Virus record (IMG/VR): IMGVR_UViG_3300021964_000041 | Span: 1-64,000 of that record | Reading direction: 5' to 3' (one strand) | DNA: 64,000 nucleotides | Origin: a virus | Part shown: piece by piece, positions 46,717 through 56,500 of the stretch | Position numbering within the stretch: position 1 is the stretch's first letter | Layout of the letters: the number at the start of each line of letters is the position of its first letter | Notes under the pieces: model-generated | Databases searched by the model: none | What the model was told of the DNA's origin: nothing | The model's input: only the letters and a program-made list of their open reading frames with translations | Program-made: the position numbers and the translations under genes

Positions 46717-47163
46717 ATGGGTAGACCACTTAATAAAAGATACTTCGGCGAACCTACTGCGGGTGGAAATGAAATCAAAGTTGATTTTCACAACGGTACA
46801 AGTGTAGTTGAAGGACACATTGTAAGACAAAAAGGTAGCAAGAAGTTTGTAGTATCAGAAATTGGTGCTTCAGACACCGAATATACTTGCACATTAACAA
46901 CTGGTAAACTAATGTCAGCACTAGCGGCTGGTGAAATGGGTATCACGTTTAAAATGGACGATGCAGAAACTTACCAAGTTTCTAAAATTTCAGGTCGTAA
47001 AGCAACACTAGTTGCTCCAGATGCTACAGGTACTAACGCATATGACGGAAAGTCAGTGCCATGGAACTTTAACACATCTGTTGTAGACGGTGCGGCACAA
47101 GTTGAAGAGGCTGGTGACGACGATGTTGCTGGCGTTGATGACGACGATTTCGTTAACGCATAA
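46717..47163 (+). CDS. Virion structural protein (possible head decoration protein)
   Basis: 148 aa, MGRPLNKRYFG...IVRQKGSKKF; strong SD, own promoter and terminator, close to MCP. Confidence 0.5.
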   Translation: MGRPLNKRYFGEPTAGGNEIKVDFHNGTSVVEGHIVRQKGSKKFVVSEIGASDTEYTCTLTTGKLMSALAAGEMGITFKMDDAETYQVSKISGRKATLVAPDATGTNAYDGKSVPWNFNTSVVDGAAQVEEAGDDDVAGVDDDDFVNA

Positions 47164-47182
47164 TCGTAGTTTTACTAAACTT

Positions 47183-47217
47183 GAGAAGAGGGCAAATTTA
47201 CTTTGCCCTTTTCTTTT
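47183..47217 (+). terminator. Rho-independent terminator, followed by TAAATA at 47221-26
   Basis: GAAGAGGGCAAA-TTTAC-TTTGCCCTTTTC-TTTT. Confidence 0.85.
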
Positions 47218-47251
47218 GACTAAATAATAGCATACGATAGGATCCTAATGC

Positions 47252-48181
47252 ATGGCAACTGATATTTTAAAATTAACCGGTGATTACAAGATTGTAACTG
47301 CTAGTGGTGGCGAAGTTACCCTTAATACAGGTACGAGAAGAGGAACTACTAGAGTTACAGGAAATTTAATTGTAGAAGGTACTACTACAACTGTTGACAC
47401 TGAAGAACTTGCTATTGAAGATGCAATTATTACCCTTAATAAAAATGAAACAGGTAATGGTGTATCTCTAGGACAAAGTGGTATTGACATTGAAAGAGGT
47501 ACTGCTGATAATGCTACTATACTTTGGGACGATACATTAAGTTATACTAGACCAAATGGCGGTACTGGCGAAGGTATTTTTACATTTAAAGTTGGATCAG
47601 GATTAGCCGCAATTAGAACTAATCATATCAGTACTACAGGCGATGATATTGTTTTCTTAGGAACTAATGCACCTAATGCTAAACTAAGTGTTAGAGGTAC
47701 AACAAACTACGAAACTGGTTTACAAGATGACGATATTCCAAATGTAAGATATGTAAACCAAGCATTCCAAACAATTAACATTCCTCAAATTCAAGCAGAT
47801 AATACTATCATGAAAGCAGAAGATACAGCAGAGGGTGATGCAGTATCAAGATTGCTTGGAAAAGTAGATAATGTTATTAGAGTTGATATTAGATCAGATA
47901 TTATGACTTTTGGTAGTTTAGAATTTGATGATACTATTATTAGACCAACAAATACAAACGATGAACTAGTTTTACAAGCAAATGGATCAGGTGAAGTAGT
48001 AATTGATGAAATATTAAGTTTGCCTACAGTAAGCACAACACCTTCAGGTACTGATGGGCGTTTAAAAGTATATAAAGATTCAGAAGGGTTCGGCGGAACT
48101 GGTCTCTTTTTTGTAAATAACACTACTAACGGAGAGATAACTAGCAAAAGAAAAGCCATGCTCATGAGCATGATATTTTAG
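47252..48181 (+). CDS. Virion structural / fibre-type protein
   Basis: 309 aa. VTGNLIVEGTTTTV...IEDAIITLN...SGIDIERGT fibre motif. Confidence 0.65.
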   Translation: MATDILKLTGDYKIVTASGGEVTLNTGTRRGTTRVTGNLIVEGTTTTVDTEELAIEDAIITLNKNETGNGVSLGQSGIDIERGTADNATILWDDTLSYTRPNGGTGEGIFTFKVGSGLAAIRTNHISTTGDDIVFLGTNAPNAKLSVRGTTNYETGLQDDDIPNVRYVNQAFQTINIPQIQADNTIMKAEDTAEGDAVSRLLGKVDNVIRVDIRSDIMTFGSLEFDDTIIRPTNTNDELVLQANGSGEVVIDEILSLPTVSTTPSGTDGRLKVYKDSEGFGGTGLFFVNNTTNGEITSKRKAMLMSMIF

Positions 48182-48190
48182 GATAAAGAT

Positions 48191-48535
48191 ATGGCAATAA
48201 CAAATAGTTTTATAGATGCAACACTTACAACTGTGTACACTTCATCAGGTGAGAATGCTGTAACAAGCATGATTTTCTGTAACTACGCAGATGCGGATAA
48301 TATTCCTGGTGATAATATCTTGACTGATGCTGATACGTTTCTTGATTTACATATTGTAAGATCAGGTGAAAGTGCAACAGATGTAAACAAAATCTTACAT
48401 CAATTAAAAATTCCTGCAGGAGAAACTTTTATTATGGATACTGAAAAGTTTGTTCTTGAAACTGGAGATAAAGTTATTGCACAGACTACGTCACCAGCAA
48501 CTATTTCAGTTACGATTTCAACAATAGCGGTGTAA
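48191..48535 (+). CDS. Small virion protein (paralogue of 52863-53192)
   Basis: 114 aa; IPAGETF...EKFVLETGD versus LPPNGS...EKLVLDQDH in the paralogue. Confidence 0.6.
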   Translation: MAITNSFIDATLTTVYTSSGENAVTSMIFCNYADADNIPGDNILTDADTFLDLHIVRSGESATDVNKILHQLKIPAGETFIMDTEKFVLETGDKVIAQTTSPATISVTISTIAV

Positions 48536-48539
48536 TAAT

Positions 48540-49028
48540 ATGCGTTTTGTAAAACAACAACAGATTAACAGAAAAATGATAGTCGACAAATCAGTGTTTG
48601 TTGACATTGACGGGTCAGTAAGTTTCCAAGGTGCTGTTGGTGGATTGCAATTAGGTACAGGTGATACAAGCCAACGTAGTGGTGCGCCTGTTAACGGAAC
48701 TATTCGTTATAATAATCAAATAAATGAAATTGAAGCATACATTAACAATGCATGGGAAACCATTAGATCAGATCGTCCTGGTAACATTGTTGTACAAAAC
48801 TTAGGTACAGGTGATGCTTCTGAAACACAGTTTGGTACATTAGAACCTAAACCAGCCGCGGCTGAGAATGTACTTGTACTTGTTGAAAACGTTGTGCAGA
48901 TTGCAGGTGTAAACTACACAATGACAGTAGACAACAACGGAGACAAATATATTAAATTTGATTCTCCAGTTCCTTTAGGCAAAGACGTCACCGTTATACA
49001 CGGCTTCGACGGTAGCATTGTAGGTTAA
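48540..49028 (+). CDS. Virion structural protein
   Basis: 162 aa. GDTSQR...GTIRYN....EIEAY...W motif, also present twice in 49176-52856. Confidence 0.65.
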   Translation: MRFVKQQQINRKMIVDKSVFVDIDGSVSFQGAVGGLQLGTGDTSQRSGAPVNGTIRYNNQINEIEAYINNAWETIRSDRPGNIVVQNLGTGDASETQFGTLEPKPAAAENVLVLVENVVQIAGVNYTMTVDNNGDKYIKFDSPVPLGKDVTVIHGFDGSIVG

Positions 49029-49065
49029 TTTTTAACTACTAACTTACGGTTTTTCCAATTAAGAC

Positions 49066-49175
49066 TAAATACTATTAATGCAGACTTGACCGTTTAGGTT
49101 TGCAGGACAAACAGTGGTTAACCCGCTATGTAAGGTGGTTAGAGGCACAGGATGCCCGGTTTATAGGAGAACACA
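49066..49175 (+). promoter_or_regulatory. Late promoter TAAATA plus ~100-nt structured 5' leader
   Basis: TAAATA 49066-71; stems 49079-87/49096-104, 49119-23/49137-41, 49144-47/49153-56; SD AGGAG. Confidence 0.6.
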
Positions 49176-52100
49176 ATGGCCGTCGGTCGTATTTCGGGTC
49201 CGTTGTTAAAGGCAAACCTACTTCGTAATGGAGTGGATTTAGCATTTGAAACGGATTTATTATATTTGGATGTTAACAATGGTCGCATTGGCGTAAAGAA
49301 GACCAATCCTTCCTATGAACTAGATGTAAACGGTACAGTACAAACAACAGACTGGATTGCTACAAATTCAGCAACAACAGGTAATTTAACTTTTCAAGGA
49401 AACACAATCAGCAGTACACTAGGTACTATTGAATTGACACCTAGTGGTGGTGATCCTGTAATTTATCATTCAAGAATTCAAGTCGATTCATTAGAAATGA
49501 ACGACAACACTATTAGCACAATAGATTCAAATGCATCAATTGAACTTGCTCCTAACGGTACAGGTACTATCGAACTATTAGGAAACACAAACGTCACAGG
49601 AAACTTATATGCGACTGGCAATATTACTGCTGGCGGAAATATTAATTTAGGTGATGCTGATACTGACACTGTTAATTTCAAAGCAGATGTTGTTTCAAAT
49701 ATTATTCCAGACGTTGATCAAATTTACACACTAGGTACTCCTAGCAAACGTTGGAAAACACTAAACTCTAGACAAGCAAACATTGACAATATTCAAATTA
49801 CTGATAGTTTGATCGAAACTATTGACAGTAATGCAGATTTAACTATTCGTGCAAACGGAACAGGTAAAGTAAGAATTGAAAACTTGCTTTTGAATGAAGC
49901 AGGAAATACATATCATGTTACTACTAACGGTGATGACACAGAAGAAGGTACTAGTGTCGACAATGCTTTTGCTACAATAAAACATGCTCTAAGTGTTGCT
50001 ACATCAGGCGACAATATTAAAATTAGTGCAGGAACATACACTGAAGCATTTCCACTAGTGGTACCAGCGGGTGTTACTGTAGGTGGTGAAGGACTAAGAG
50101 CAACAGTTATAAAACCTACAGCAGGAACAAATAATAAAGACTGTTTTCATTTAAACAGTGGCACAACAGTACAACATATTTCGATTAAAGATATGTTTTA
50201 CGATTCGGTAAATGATACAGGATATGCTTTTGCTTTTAATCCTGCAGGTGTTACGGTTCCATTACAATCTCCATACATTATTAATTGTACGGTTTTAAAC
50301 AAAGGTACTGTAACGAGTGCTAGTGATCCATATGGGTTTGATTCAGGTAACGCAGGACGCGGTGCTAAAATTGATGGCAGTTTAGTTACTACAAGTTCAA
50401 TCGAAGCGGCAATGTTGTTTAATGATTCTACTTTCTTTGTACCAAACTCAGTTGGTTTATATATGACTAACGGTGCAAGATGTGAATGGTTAAACAGTTT
50501 CATTTACTTTGCTGACAAAGGTATTATTGGTGAATCAGGTACTGCTGGTAGAGGCGGCGACGGAAAAACTATTGTTGATCTTACAAACCAAGTAGGTACA
50601 TTCAATGTTGCTGACACAGTAACATTAACATCTGAAGATGGCTCTACAGTACTTGCACAAGGAACTATTGAAGCAAAAGAAATAGTTGATGGTAGATTAA
50701 GATTAACATTTGATGGCAAAACTACAGGTTGGGTAACCAATCTTGATAGAGAATCAAAAACAATTTCACTTTCAGGTAACAGTCAATTAAGTACAGCACA
50801 AAAGAAATTTGGTACAGCAAGTTTATACCTAGATGGTACTGGTGATTATGCAAGTATTTCAAGTACTAAAGACTTTGGGTTTGGTGATGGAAACTTTACA
50901 GTTGAAGGATTTTTTAGATTTGACGATGTAACAGGTACAAAATATCTGTTTGATATGAGAGATGATTCAAGCACAACTGCAATAGCAGTTTATGCCGATG
51001 GAGCCAATGTAAAAGTTTCTGTTGCAGGTAGCGACATTATTACAGGTACAGATACACTATTAGCAAATACATTTTATCATATTGCTGTTGCAAGATCAAA
51101 TGACGGAACAAAATTATTCATTAACGGATCTCAAGACGGGTCAACATATTCAGACTCCAACAACTACGGTACATCAAAACCGTTCTACATTGGCGGAGAA
51201 TATGATAACACAAACTTGTTTAAAGGATACATTGATGAAGTAAGAGTAACAAATGGTTTACCAAGATACTTAGGATCATACACAACACCAACAGCAGAGT
51301 TTGTTGGAGATCCTACGACAGTATTTTTAACACACTTTAACGGAACAAATGCAAGTACAACTGTTACTGAAGATGTTGAAGTTGCATTAGACATTGAAAG
51401 TTCAAGTGGCGGTACTGCAACAGGTATTGCATTTATTGATCTAAAACAATTTGGTGCTGAATTGAGAGCAATTGGTTCAGCAAACGTTTATGGTAACCAG
51501 GGTGTTGTTGCAGACGGCGACGGAGTTTTACTAAGACTTATTAATCATAACTTTGGATATATGGGTGTAGGTAAAGCACTTGAAAATGATGTATCAAAAG
51601 TTATACAAGCAAACGAAATTACACAAACCAACAATGGTAAAGTACTGTTTAGTTCAATTGACCAAAGCGGTGACTTTAGGGTTGGTAATGCATTTACAGT
51701 TGATCAAGAAACAGGTAACGTAACATTTGAAGCACAGAGTTTTGATATTAGTTCATTAAGTGGACTTACATTTACAGATGGCGGCAGTACTACTATTGTA
51801 GATCCTAGTAGATTAGAAACAGGCAATATTAGAATTAGTGGTAACCAAATTATTACAACAACAGGAGATTTAACTCTTAATCCAGATGGTGGAAACAATG
51901 TTGTAATTGATGGTAACTTAGATATTACTGGCGGATTTATTCAACTACGTGATGCTGATGGTGATACTAAAGTAACTGTTGAAAGCGACTTTGGCGCTGA
52001 CGAAGATACAATTAATTTCCAAGTTGCAGGAGCAACCATTGCTTATGTTGATGCTGATGGATTGCAAACTACTTCATTTATATCAGACGAAGTTAAATTA

Positions 52101-52856
52101 ATTAACAACTCTGTACAAACATTTAGAAATGATACAAACTTAGAAATTTTTGCTGACGGTGCTGGCTATGTTGACTTTAACAGTGACGATGCTATTAAAT
52201 TACCGTCTGGTACAACTGCACAAAGACCAGCAACACCTGTAAATGGTATGTTCAGATATAATACAAGTTCAAATGTTTTTGAATTGTATGCTAACGGCTT
52301 CTGGAACGCTGTTGGTGGTAGTGTTAGTGGTGTTGTTGACCAAGATTTGGACACATATATTACTGCTGAATTATCACAAGGTAATGACGATGACACATTT
52401 AGATTTTACAATGCAAGTACGTTATCAGCAGATTTAAATTCTACTAGATTTAATGTTGATACAATACATGCAAATACCATTAGTACAGAGGCTGTAGATG
52501 CAGATCTTACCCTTGCTCCAAACGGCACAGGTAAGGTAATAGTTGGTGATATTGAGATTGATCAAATCACAAATACGATAACTAATACTGTAGCAGATAG
52601 TGTTTCGAGTTTTAGTAGTACTAATGAAGGTTATTGGGACTTTACTGGTACAAACGGATTTAAAGTTCCGGTTGGTGACAACAATGATAGACCACAAACA
52701 AATGTTGCTACAGGGTTATTAAGATATAATACTCAAGGTGGTAAATTAGAAATTTGGAATGGTGTTACTTGGTCGTCAGTAGTTGGATCAAGTGGTGGTA
52801 TTACTTTTGCAGAAGCAGAAGATTTATCATTTATTAACGCATTATTATTTGGATAG
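49176..52856 (+). CDS. Large virion fibre protein with pectin-lyase-like beta-helix and LamG/concanavalin-A domain
   Basis: 1226 aa. YHVTTNGDD...AFATIKHAL...AGTYTE.FP; KFGTASLYLDGTGDY...FTVEGFF...YHIAVAR...GYIDEVRVT. Confidence 0.75.
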   Translation: MAVGRISGPLLKANLLRNGVDLAFETDLLYLDVNNGRIGVKKTNPSYELDVNGTVQTTDWIATNSATTGNLTFQGNTISSTLGTIELTPSGGDPVIYHSRIQVDSLEMNDNTISTIDSNASIELAPNGTGTIELLGNTNVTGNLYATGNITAGGNINLGDADTDTVNFKADVVSNIIPDVDQIYTLGTPSKRWKTLNSRQANIDNIQITDSLIETIDSNADLTIRANGTGKVRIENLLLNEAGNTYHVTTNGDDTEEGTSVDNAFATIKHALSVATSGDNIKISAGTYTEAFPLVVPAGVTVGGEGLRATVIKPTAGTNNKDCFHLNSGTTVQHISIKDMFYDSVNDTGYAFAFNPAGVTVPLQSPYIINCTVLNKGTVTSASDPYGFDSGNAGRGAKIDGSLVTTSSIEAAMLFNDSTFFVPNSVGLYMTNGARCEWLNSFIYFADKGIIGESGTAGRGGDGKTIVDLTNQVGTFNVADTVTLTSEDGSTVLAQGTIEAKEIVDGRLRLTFDGKTTGWVTNLDRESKTISLSGNSQLSTAQKKFGTASLYLDGTGDYASISSTKDFGFGDGNFTVEGFFRFDDVTGTKYLFDMRDDSSTTAIAVYADGANVKVSVAGSDIITGTDTLLANTFYHIAVARSNDGTKLFINGSQDGSTYSDSNNYGTSKPFYIGGEYDNTNLFKGYIDEVRVTNGLPRYLGSYTTPTAEFVGDPTTVFLTHFNGTNASTTVTEDVEVALDIESSSGGTATGIAFIDLKQFGAELRAIGSANVYGNQGVVADGDGVLLRLINHNFGYMGVGKALENDVSKVIQANEITQTNNGKVLFSSIDQSGDFRVGNAFTVDQETGNVTFEAQSFDISSLSGLTFTDGGSTTIVDPSRLETGNIRISGNQIITTTGDLTLNPDGGNNVVIDGNLDITGGFIQLRDADGDTKVTVESDFGADEDTINFQVAGATIAYVDADGLQTTSFISDEVKLINNSVQTFRNDTNLEIFADGAGYVDFNSDDAIKLPSGTTAQRPATPVNGMFRYNTSSNVFELYANGFWNAVGGSVSGVVDQDLDTYITAELSQGNDDDTFRFYNASTLSADLNSTRFNVDTIHANTISTEAVDADLTLAPNGTGKVIVGDIEIDQITNTITNTVADSVSSFSSTNEGYWDFTGTNGFKVPVGDNNDRPQTNVATGLLRYNTQGGKLEIWNGVTWSSVVGSSGGITFAEAEDLSFINALLFG

Positions 52857-52862
52857 GAAAAC

Positions 52863-53192
52863 ATGGCAAACTTATTAAAAACAGCAGTAATAGCAGACGT
52901 AGGAAAACTACCAATTGATGTTGCAACCGTGGCGGCGGGAAGAAAAATTATTGTAATTGGAATGACTATGACAAATAAAAAAGATTCAACAGTGCTTGGC
53001 AATGTATTTGTTAAGGATCCAGGAAGTGTTACTGCGTATTATGCAAAAGATATTCCACTTCCACCGAATGGTTCTGCAAGAATTGTTAATGGCGGTGAAA
53101 AATTAGTATTAGACCAAGATCACACGTTACAAGTATCATCAAGTTATCCTGATAGTGTAGATGTAATTGTAAGTTATGCGGAGCAATCTTAA
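52863..53192 (+). CDS. Small virion protein
   Basis: 109 aa with SD; paralogue of 48191-48535. Confidence 0.65.
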   Translation: MANLLKTAVIADVGKLPIDVATVAAGRKIIVIGMTMTNKKDSTVLGNVFVKDPGSVTAYYAKDIPLPPNGSARIVNGGEKLVLDQDHTLQVSSSYPDSVDVIVSYAEQS

Positions 53193-53204
53193 TAGGAGAA
53201 TAAA

Positions 53205-53552
53205 ATGGCTGATTATGTAGGAGCAAATGTAAACCAAGTTATAGACGGAATGGGAACACGTTATTTCTATGGTTTAAGAAAACAAGATGATGGATCAATA
53301 TATCTTGCAACAGTTGATCAACTTAACCCTAATGACCAAATTGAAATTAACGTTCCAGGTGATATTACACAGAACTATAATGATTTTGACATTGGACAGG
53401 ACTTTTTTGAAGGTAGAGATGTAAACCATGAAAAGGTTTATGAAAATCTAAAATACGAACAGTACAGATGGGACTACCAAAAAATTAATTATTATATCAA
53501 CGAGGATGGTAACTTAGTCGCAAGAGTAAACGACCCATACGATTACAGTTAA
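53205..53552 (+). CDS. Conserved hypothetical (virion-associated) protein
   Basis: 115 aa, AGGAG SD, RYFYGLRK...YEQYRWD...YYINEDGNLVARVN. Confidence 0.7.
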   Translation: MADYVGANVNQVIDGMGTRYFYGLRKQDDGSIYLATVDQLNPNDQIEINVPGDITQNYNDFDIGQDFFEGRDVNHEKVYENLKYEQYRWDYQKINYYINEDGNLVARVNDPYDYS

Positions 53553-53570
53553 ATACAGGTGAAGTAAAAA

Positions 53571-56500
53571 ATGGCACAATTTAAACTAGATAGATTTACA
53601 TACAAATACAGAAATGATTGGACTTCTGGTGTGGCTTATGCACTAGATGATATTGTAACTGTAAATGGTAATGTTTATTATTGTACAAAAGCACACACAT
53701 CTAACGAAGACTTTTACTTTGATTTCCTATACGATTTTACATATCCGGCTCCATACAGTGCTTCGGATAATATTAACGCGGCATTTGACTTTAGTGCTAA
53801 TGTAGGTGGAGAAAATACTACTGTTGACGGCACTGGAATACAATTTCAAATTGTAAGACGTGGCGACAAATATTCAGTTACCTTAACAGATGGTGGTAGA
53901 AACTATGTATCCAAAGAGTATTTTAAAGTTCCAGGTGATCAATTAGGTGGTGTTAGAGGCGTTAATGATGCAATAGTAACTGTTGCAACAGTTGATAACG
54001 TTACACAAAACAATCTAGTTGTTCCGGGTGTAGTACAAAGTTTAACAGTAACAGGAACTGCGGCAATAACCAAGTGGGAATTGATGTCAGAAGGTTACAG
54101 TTGGAAAGGTGCTTGGCAACCTAGTACATCAGTAACTAAGCAAGATGAAAATGGCAATGACGTAATTACAATTACACCAAATTTATATTATATCAACGAT
54201 CTAGTTGAGCGTGAAGGTAACATTTATAGATGTACACAAGGACACCAAGCACTAGTTGATGCTGATTTTGGTCTAAGTCAAAATTTACAATATTGGACAC
54301 TGCATGTTTTTGGAAGCCATTGGGAAGGTAATTGGACAGGACTAAATGCATATCAAGTAGGTGATGTAGTAAGAGCCGGCGGCACTGTTTGGAGATGTAC
54401 AACAGCACACACGAGTGGAACTAATGTTTCTGGTCTAGCAGGAGATCAAGGTAACTGGCAACAAGTTACTACATCAAATGACTGGTTGAATGAATGGCTA
54501 CCGACACAGAATTACAGACCAAATGATGTTGTAAGATACGGTGGGTATCTATATCGTTGTAATTCGCAACACACTTCAACTAATAATTTTGAAAATGAAT
54601 TAGACACTGAAGGCTGGTGGGATCTAGTTGTTCCTGGCATTGAATATAAAGGTACATGGACAGCACCAACTGCACACGCCGTTGACGGAGTAGCAAATAC
54701 TACTAAGTGGAAATTAGGTGATCTAATTAGATACAGTCAAGAAGTTTATGTTTGTACACAAACACATACCGTAACAGGTACAGATGTAGAAGCAGATGAT
54801 CCTTTATTCAAAGATTATACTTCAAACTGGCAACTGTATGTTGCTGGAATGGCTTATGAAGATCAATGGGACGAAACTGTAAACTATCAGCCAGGCGATA
54901 TTGTTATGTACGGTGGTTACACATACTACTGTAAGACATTTAATTTTTCAGCAAACCCAAGCACAGAAATAAATGATTGGGAAATTTTAAGCGAATGGTA
55001 CAACTTTAAAAATGACTGGAGTGAAATTACAGTATATAAAGTAGGTGATGTTGTACGTAACAATGGTTATTTGTATTGGGCAGTTACAGATAATACAGGT
55101 GAAAAACCAGATAGCGGCCAAGTTGATACTATTAAAGTTACTGTAGGTAATCCAGGATCCGGTAATAGATATTATTGGGACGGAAATTTACATCCTAATC
55201 AAACATTTATTAGAGGTAACACCTATGTATTTGATCAGTCTCACCCAACAAATGACGGTCATCCAATTTATCCAGCAGACGCAGAAAACGGTTTCTTAAA
55301 CACAGCAGTCGGCGGTAATGAATTATTTACAGGTGTGCAGACAACCTATATTTTAGATGATCAAATAATTGATACACTAGAAAATTACAATGCAGGATTT
55401 AATGCGGCAACTGTTAGACAGGTACGTGTTAAGATTGAGCCAGATGCTCCTGCAACTTTTTACTTTGCATGTTATAATCATTTAAACATGAGCGGCAGTC
55501 AAATTATTTCAGTAGGTGGAAGCACTTATTGGGATTTATTAATGCCTGGTGTAAGTTTTAGAGGTCCATGGGACGATTTCAATGCAGATTCAAGTATTAA
55601 CTTATATGAATTAGGTGATGTTGCTCTTTGGGCAGGAACTGCTTATCAGTGTATTAGAAGTCATAGATCAGATGCAACTGACAGCCGACCAGATGTAGAT
55701 GCTAGAAAAGATATTCCTGTATATTGGAAAGTTTATGTACAAGGTATTAGAACGAACGTACTTGCAAGACCAGGTGATATCAAATCGTTTAGTGCAGATT
55801 CAAATATACGTATTCCAATTGGAGACTTAGGTACTGTACTTAAAGGTCTACCTCAAACAAATGCAGATTCAAGTTTAGGTCAAGGACCACAATGGCAATT
55901 ACTAGGTGCTTCAACAAAAAATTACTATGTAAGTTTAAGTGGTGTTGATGCTACAGACAAAGGAGCGTCAAAAGAAAATCCTTTTAGAACTGTTAAGTAT
56001 GCATTAGATTACATTCTTGCAGATGAAGCAAATAGAGCACCAGCAACTGTATTTGTTGCAACAGGTGAATACGAAGAACAGTTACCTTTAAAGATACCAA
56101 GCAATGTTGCTGTGGTAGGCGACGAACTGCGTTCAACAAGAATCAAACCAAGACCCGGTAAAGAAGGCGTGGATATGTTCCATGTACGTAACGGTTGTGG
56201 TATTAGAAACATGACACTATCAGGATTGGTAGGAACACTAGGATCACCAAATGAGTTTGGAACAAAACGACCAGTTGGTGGTGGACCGAGTTTTGTTAGT
56301 TTAGATCCTGGAACAGGACCAACCGACGAAACAGTTTGGGTAACAAACAAATCAACATACGTACAAAACGTATCTACATTTGGTACAGCCTGTGTGGGTA
56401 TGAAAGTAGACGGCGGATTACATCAAGGCGGTAATAAATCTATTGTTGCAAACGACTTTACACAAGTTATCAGCGGCGGTATTGGTATGTGGATTGCTAA

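Noticed and set aside
49076-49110. Twister-like start (TAATGCAG...TGCAG) in the 49.1-kb leader
   Set aside because: The conserved GGU-NNN-AAGCC loop and pseudoknot partners of twister ribozymes are absent.
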